DNA of 64,000 nucleotides from an uncultured bacterium (GTDB lineage Bacteria; Babelota; Babeliae; Babelales; Vermiphilaceae): NCBI GenBank assembly GCA_963701085.1, contig OY969561.1, positions 640,001 to 704,000 of the forward strand, read 5' to 3'. Shown piece by piece: positions 62,051 to 64,000 of this stretch (position 1 is its first letter; each line of letters starts with the position of its first letter). The notes under the pieces were generated by a model. It saw only the letters and a program-made list of their open reading frames with translations, ran no database searches and was not told where the DNA came from. The position numbers and the translations under genes were made by a program.

Positions 62051-62825
62051 TTCCTTACTATTTTTTTATCCCTTTCTTCTTATGCTGGGGATCATTTTTA
62101 AATGTTCTTGCATATCGATTAATAAAAAATCAGTCGATCATAACCCCTCGCTCATCATGCCCCCATTGCCATGCCATTATTGCCTGGTATGATAATATAC
62201 CAGTGCTTTCCTGGTTGCTCCTTGGAGGAAAATGCCGCAACTGTCATCAGCCCATTTCCCTGCTGTATCCATTTATTGAAATCTTAACCGCAATAGTACT
62301 TTCACTTTTATATATCTCTATTCCTCTTCATTACTTTTTTGCTTACTTCATATTTTTTTCTGCATTAATAGTAACCATCCGTTCTGACATAGAAACAATG
62401 CTCATTTCCCGCTTTGCAACAATTTTTCTTGTTCCTTTTGGATGCGGCATGAGTGCCTATGGCTTTCTGCCACTATCACTCATTGAAAGTATTTCTGGAG
62501 CAATGTTTGGCTATTTATTTTTATTTACTATCAATAGCATCTTTAAATACCTGCGCAATATAGATGGTATTGGTGAAGGTGATTTTGATCTCATGTTATT
62601 CATAGGATCATTCACCGGAATCTTTGGCTGCTGGATCAGTATCACTCTTGGATCTATACTTGGATCCTTGTACGGACTTTCTACATTACTTTTAATGAAA
62701 AACAATAAAAATAGTGAGTCACATTACAAACAACAAAAATCCCTTTTGGTCCATTCCTTGCTCTCGGCGCATTATTATTTACATTCGCCCAAAACCATAT
62801 TTTTTATTATCTCACAATAAGCTAA
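62047..62825 (+). CDS. pilD: prepilin peptidase (A24), with no canonical start in frame and a frameshift near 62710
   Basis: GSFLNV..YRL, PRS.CPHC, WYDNIPVLSW..L.GKCRNC and GIGEGD. The conserved IPFGPFL is in a shifted frame that stops at 62825. Confidence 0.88.
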
Positions 62826-62916
62826 ACAACGGATTTTTTAACTTTCTCTTGCATAAAAAAAAAGTAATTACTAATTTTGGATAGTAATCATTTTTTAAAA
62901 AAAAGGAGTCTGAATA

Positions 62917-64000
62917 ATGTTGCCAACCAAAAAATTGCTGCGCTTACTGTTATGCGCACAGATAATAACAGCATATAACTATGCCCATCCTGCCGAGTGT
63001 GAACCACAATCTATTGCTGATATTGCCCATGTACCAACAAAGCTAAAAGCTATTGTTACATTTATGTATGATCTACTTGACCCTGAAGATCGTACGGAAG
63101 AACTTATTTCTGTATACCGTGCTATTGAAGAAAATAAAAATATAATTTCTCGTTCAACCACTGAAATAATTACACAAGATCTTGTGAGTTTTGTAACAGA
63201 TCATAAAAGTTTTTTTGCAAACCAAAATGACTTTATAACCATTTCATCATATTTAACAACCTACCTAACCAACCTAAACAACGGAACATTACTTCTTGAA
63301 ATTGCACACCAAAATCGTTCACCAATGCATAAAAGTGATAAAATAGAAATATCATACGAAGAGTTCCTGCAAATCCTCCAAGAAGCTCGTGAAAACATTC
63401 ATCACCATGAAGATCGAGGACCACGCGGTCATCGAGGACCACGCGGCCACCGCGGCGAACGAGGACATCGTGGCCATACTGGGGAAACTGGCGCAACGGG
63501 TCCTACTGGCGCAGGAGAAACTGGCGCAACTGGTGCGAGGAGCAACGGGTGCTACTGGCATTGGCATGGGAACAACTGGTGCAACCGGCGCAACTGGCCC
63601 TGCAGGTGCAACAGGTCTCAATGGTCTCAACGGCACCAATGGAGCTACTGGACAGACCGGAGCAACTGGAAACACTGGCCCTACAGGAGCAACCGGAGCA
63701 ACTGGTGCAACTGGCCCTACTGGAGCAACGGGAGCAACAGGAGCAACTGGAAATACTGGTGCAACTGGAGCGGGCCCTACTGGTGCAACTGGTGCCACTG
63801 GTACAGGCATTCCTGCATATGCATATATTTTCAATACTGGTGCTCAATCAGTTGCCGCAGCAGCAGCCGTTACTTTTGATACAAATGGACCAATTTCAGC
63901 CGGTATTACACATATTGCAGGTAGCGCTAGTACCACGTTAACCAACGCTGGCACATATAGCTTTAGCTACATCGTATCAGGAATAGCAGCAAATCAATTT
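62917..64000 (+). CDS. exported collagen-like protein with a BclA-type C-terminal domain (frameshift near 63538; runs off the window end)
   Basis: Signal peptide; G-X-R then G-X-T triplets (63418-63810). The shifted frame stays open to 64000 and reads [15 protein letters not shown]...VTFDTNG...GITH..G......NAGTY. Confidence 0.82.

Noticed and set aside
63352-63941. PVA-repeat (minus strand) and Cys/Trp- or Gln/Leu-rich (plus strand) ORFs
   Set aside because: These are alternate-frame readings of the collagen GXT repeats.

Overview
AT-rich bacterial chromosomal window. Its content suggests an intracellular, protist-infecting lineage such as Ca. Dependentiae (TM6/Babelota); this is an inference from gene content, not a marker-gene assignment. 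Housekeeping genes include dnaJ, nurA, sufU, sufCBDS, a split PilB/GspE ATPase, HU, tRNA-Leu(TAA), tRNA-Cys(GCA), lepB, an M23 peptidase, batABCDE, plsC, topA, metG, potABCD, an Omp85-family protein, gltX, rpsU, rbfA and pilD. They are interleaved with exported eukaryote-like or orphan proteins: WD40 and ankyrin proteins, a Skp1/BTB-like WD40 protein, a clan-CD-like peptidase, a BclA-like collagen and tandem paralog families. Four observations stand out. (1) Three families of short palindromic REP-like modules insert into one another at defined points, and two copies lie inside protein-coding frames. (2) At least nine exported accessory proteins have a signal peptide whose predicted cleavage exposes Met-Glu/Asp/Asn/Gln. 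(3) A three-gene cysteine-rich envelope operon is reminiscent of the chlamydial disulfide-linked coat. (4) One protein looks like a single-chain Skp1-(F-box-like)-WD40 mimic. About ten single-base indels, mostly in the first 10 kb and last 2 kb, split otherwise intact genes and are most likely sequencing or assembly errors. No CRISPR array, rRNA or transposase was found.
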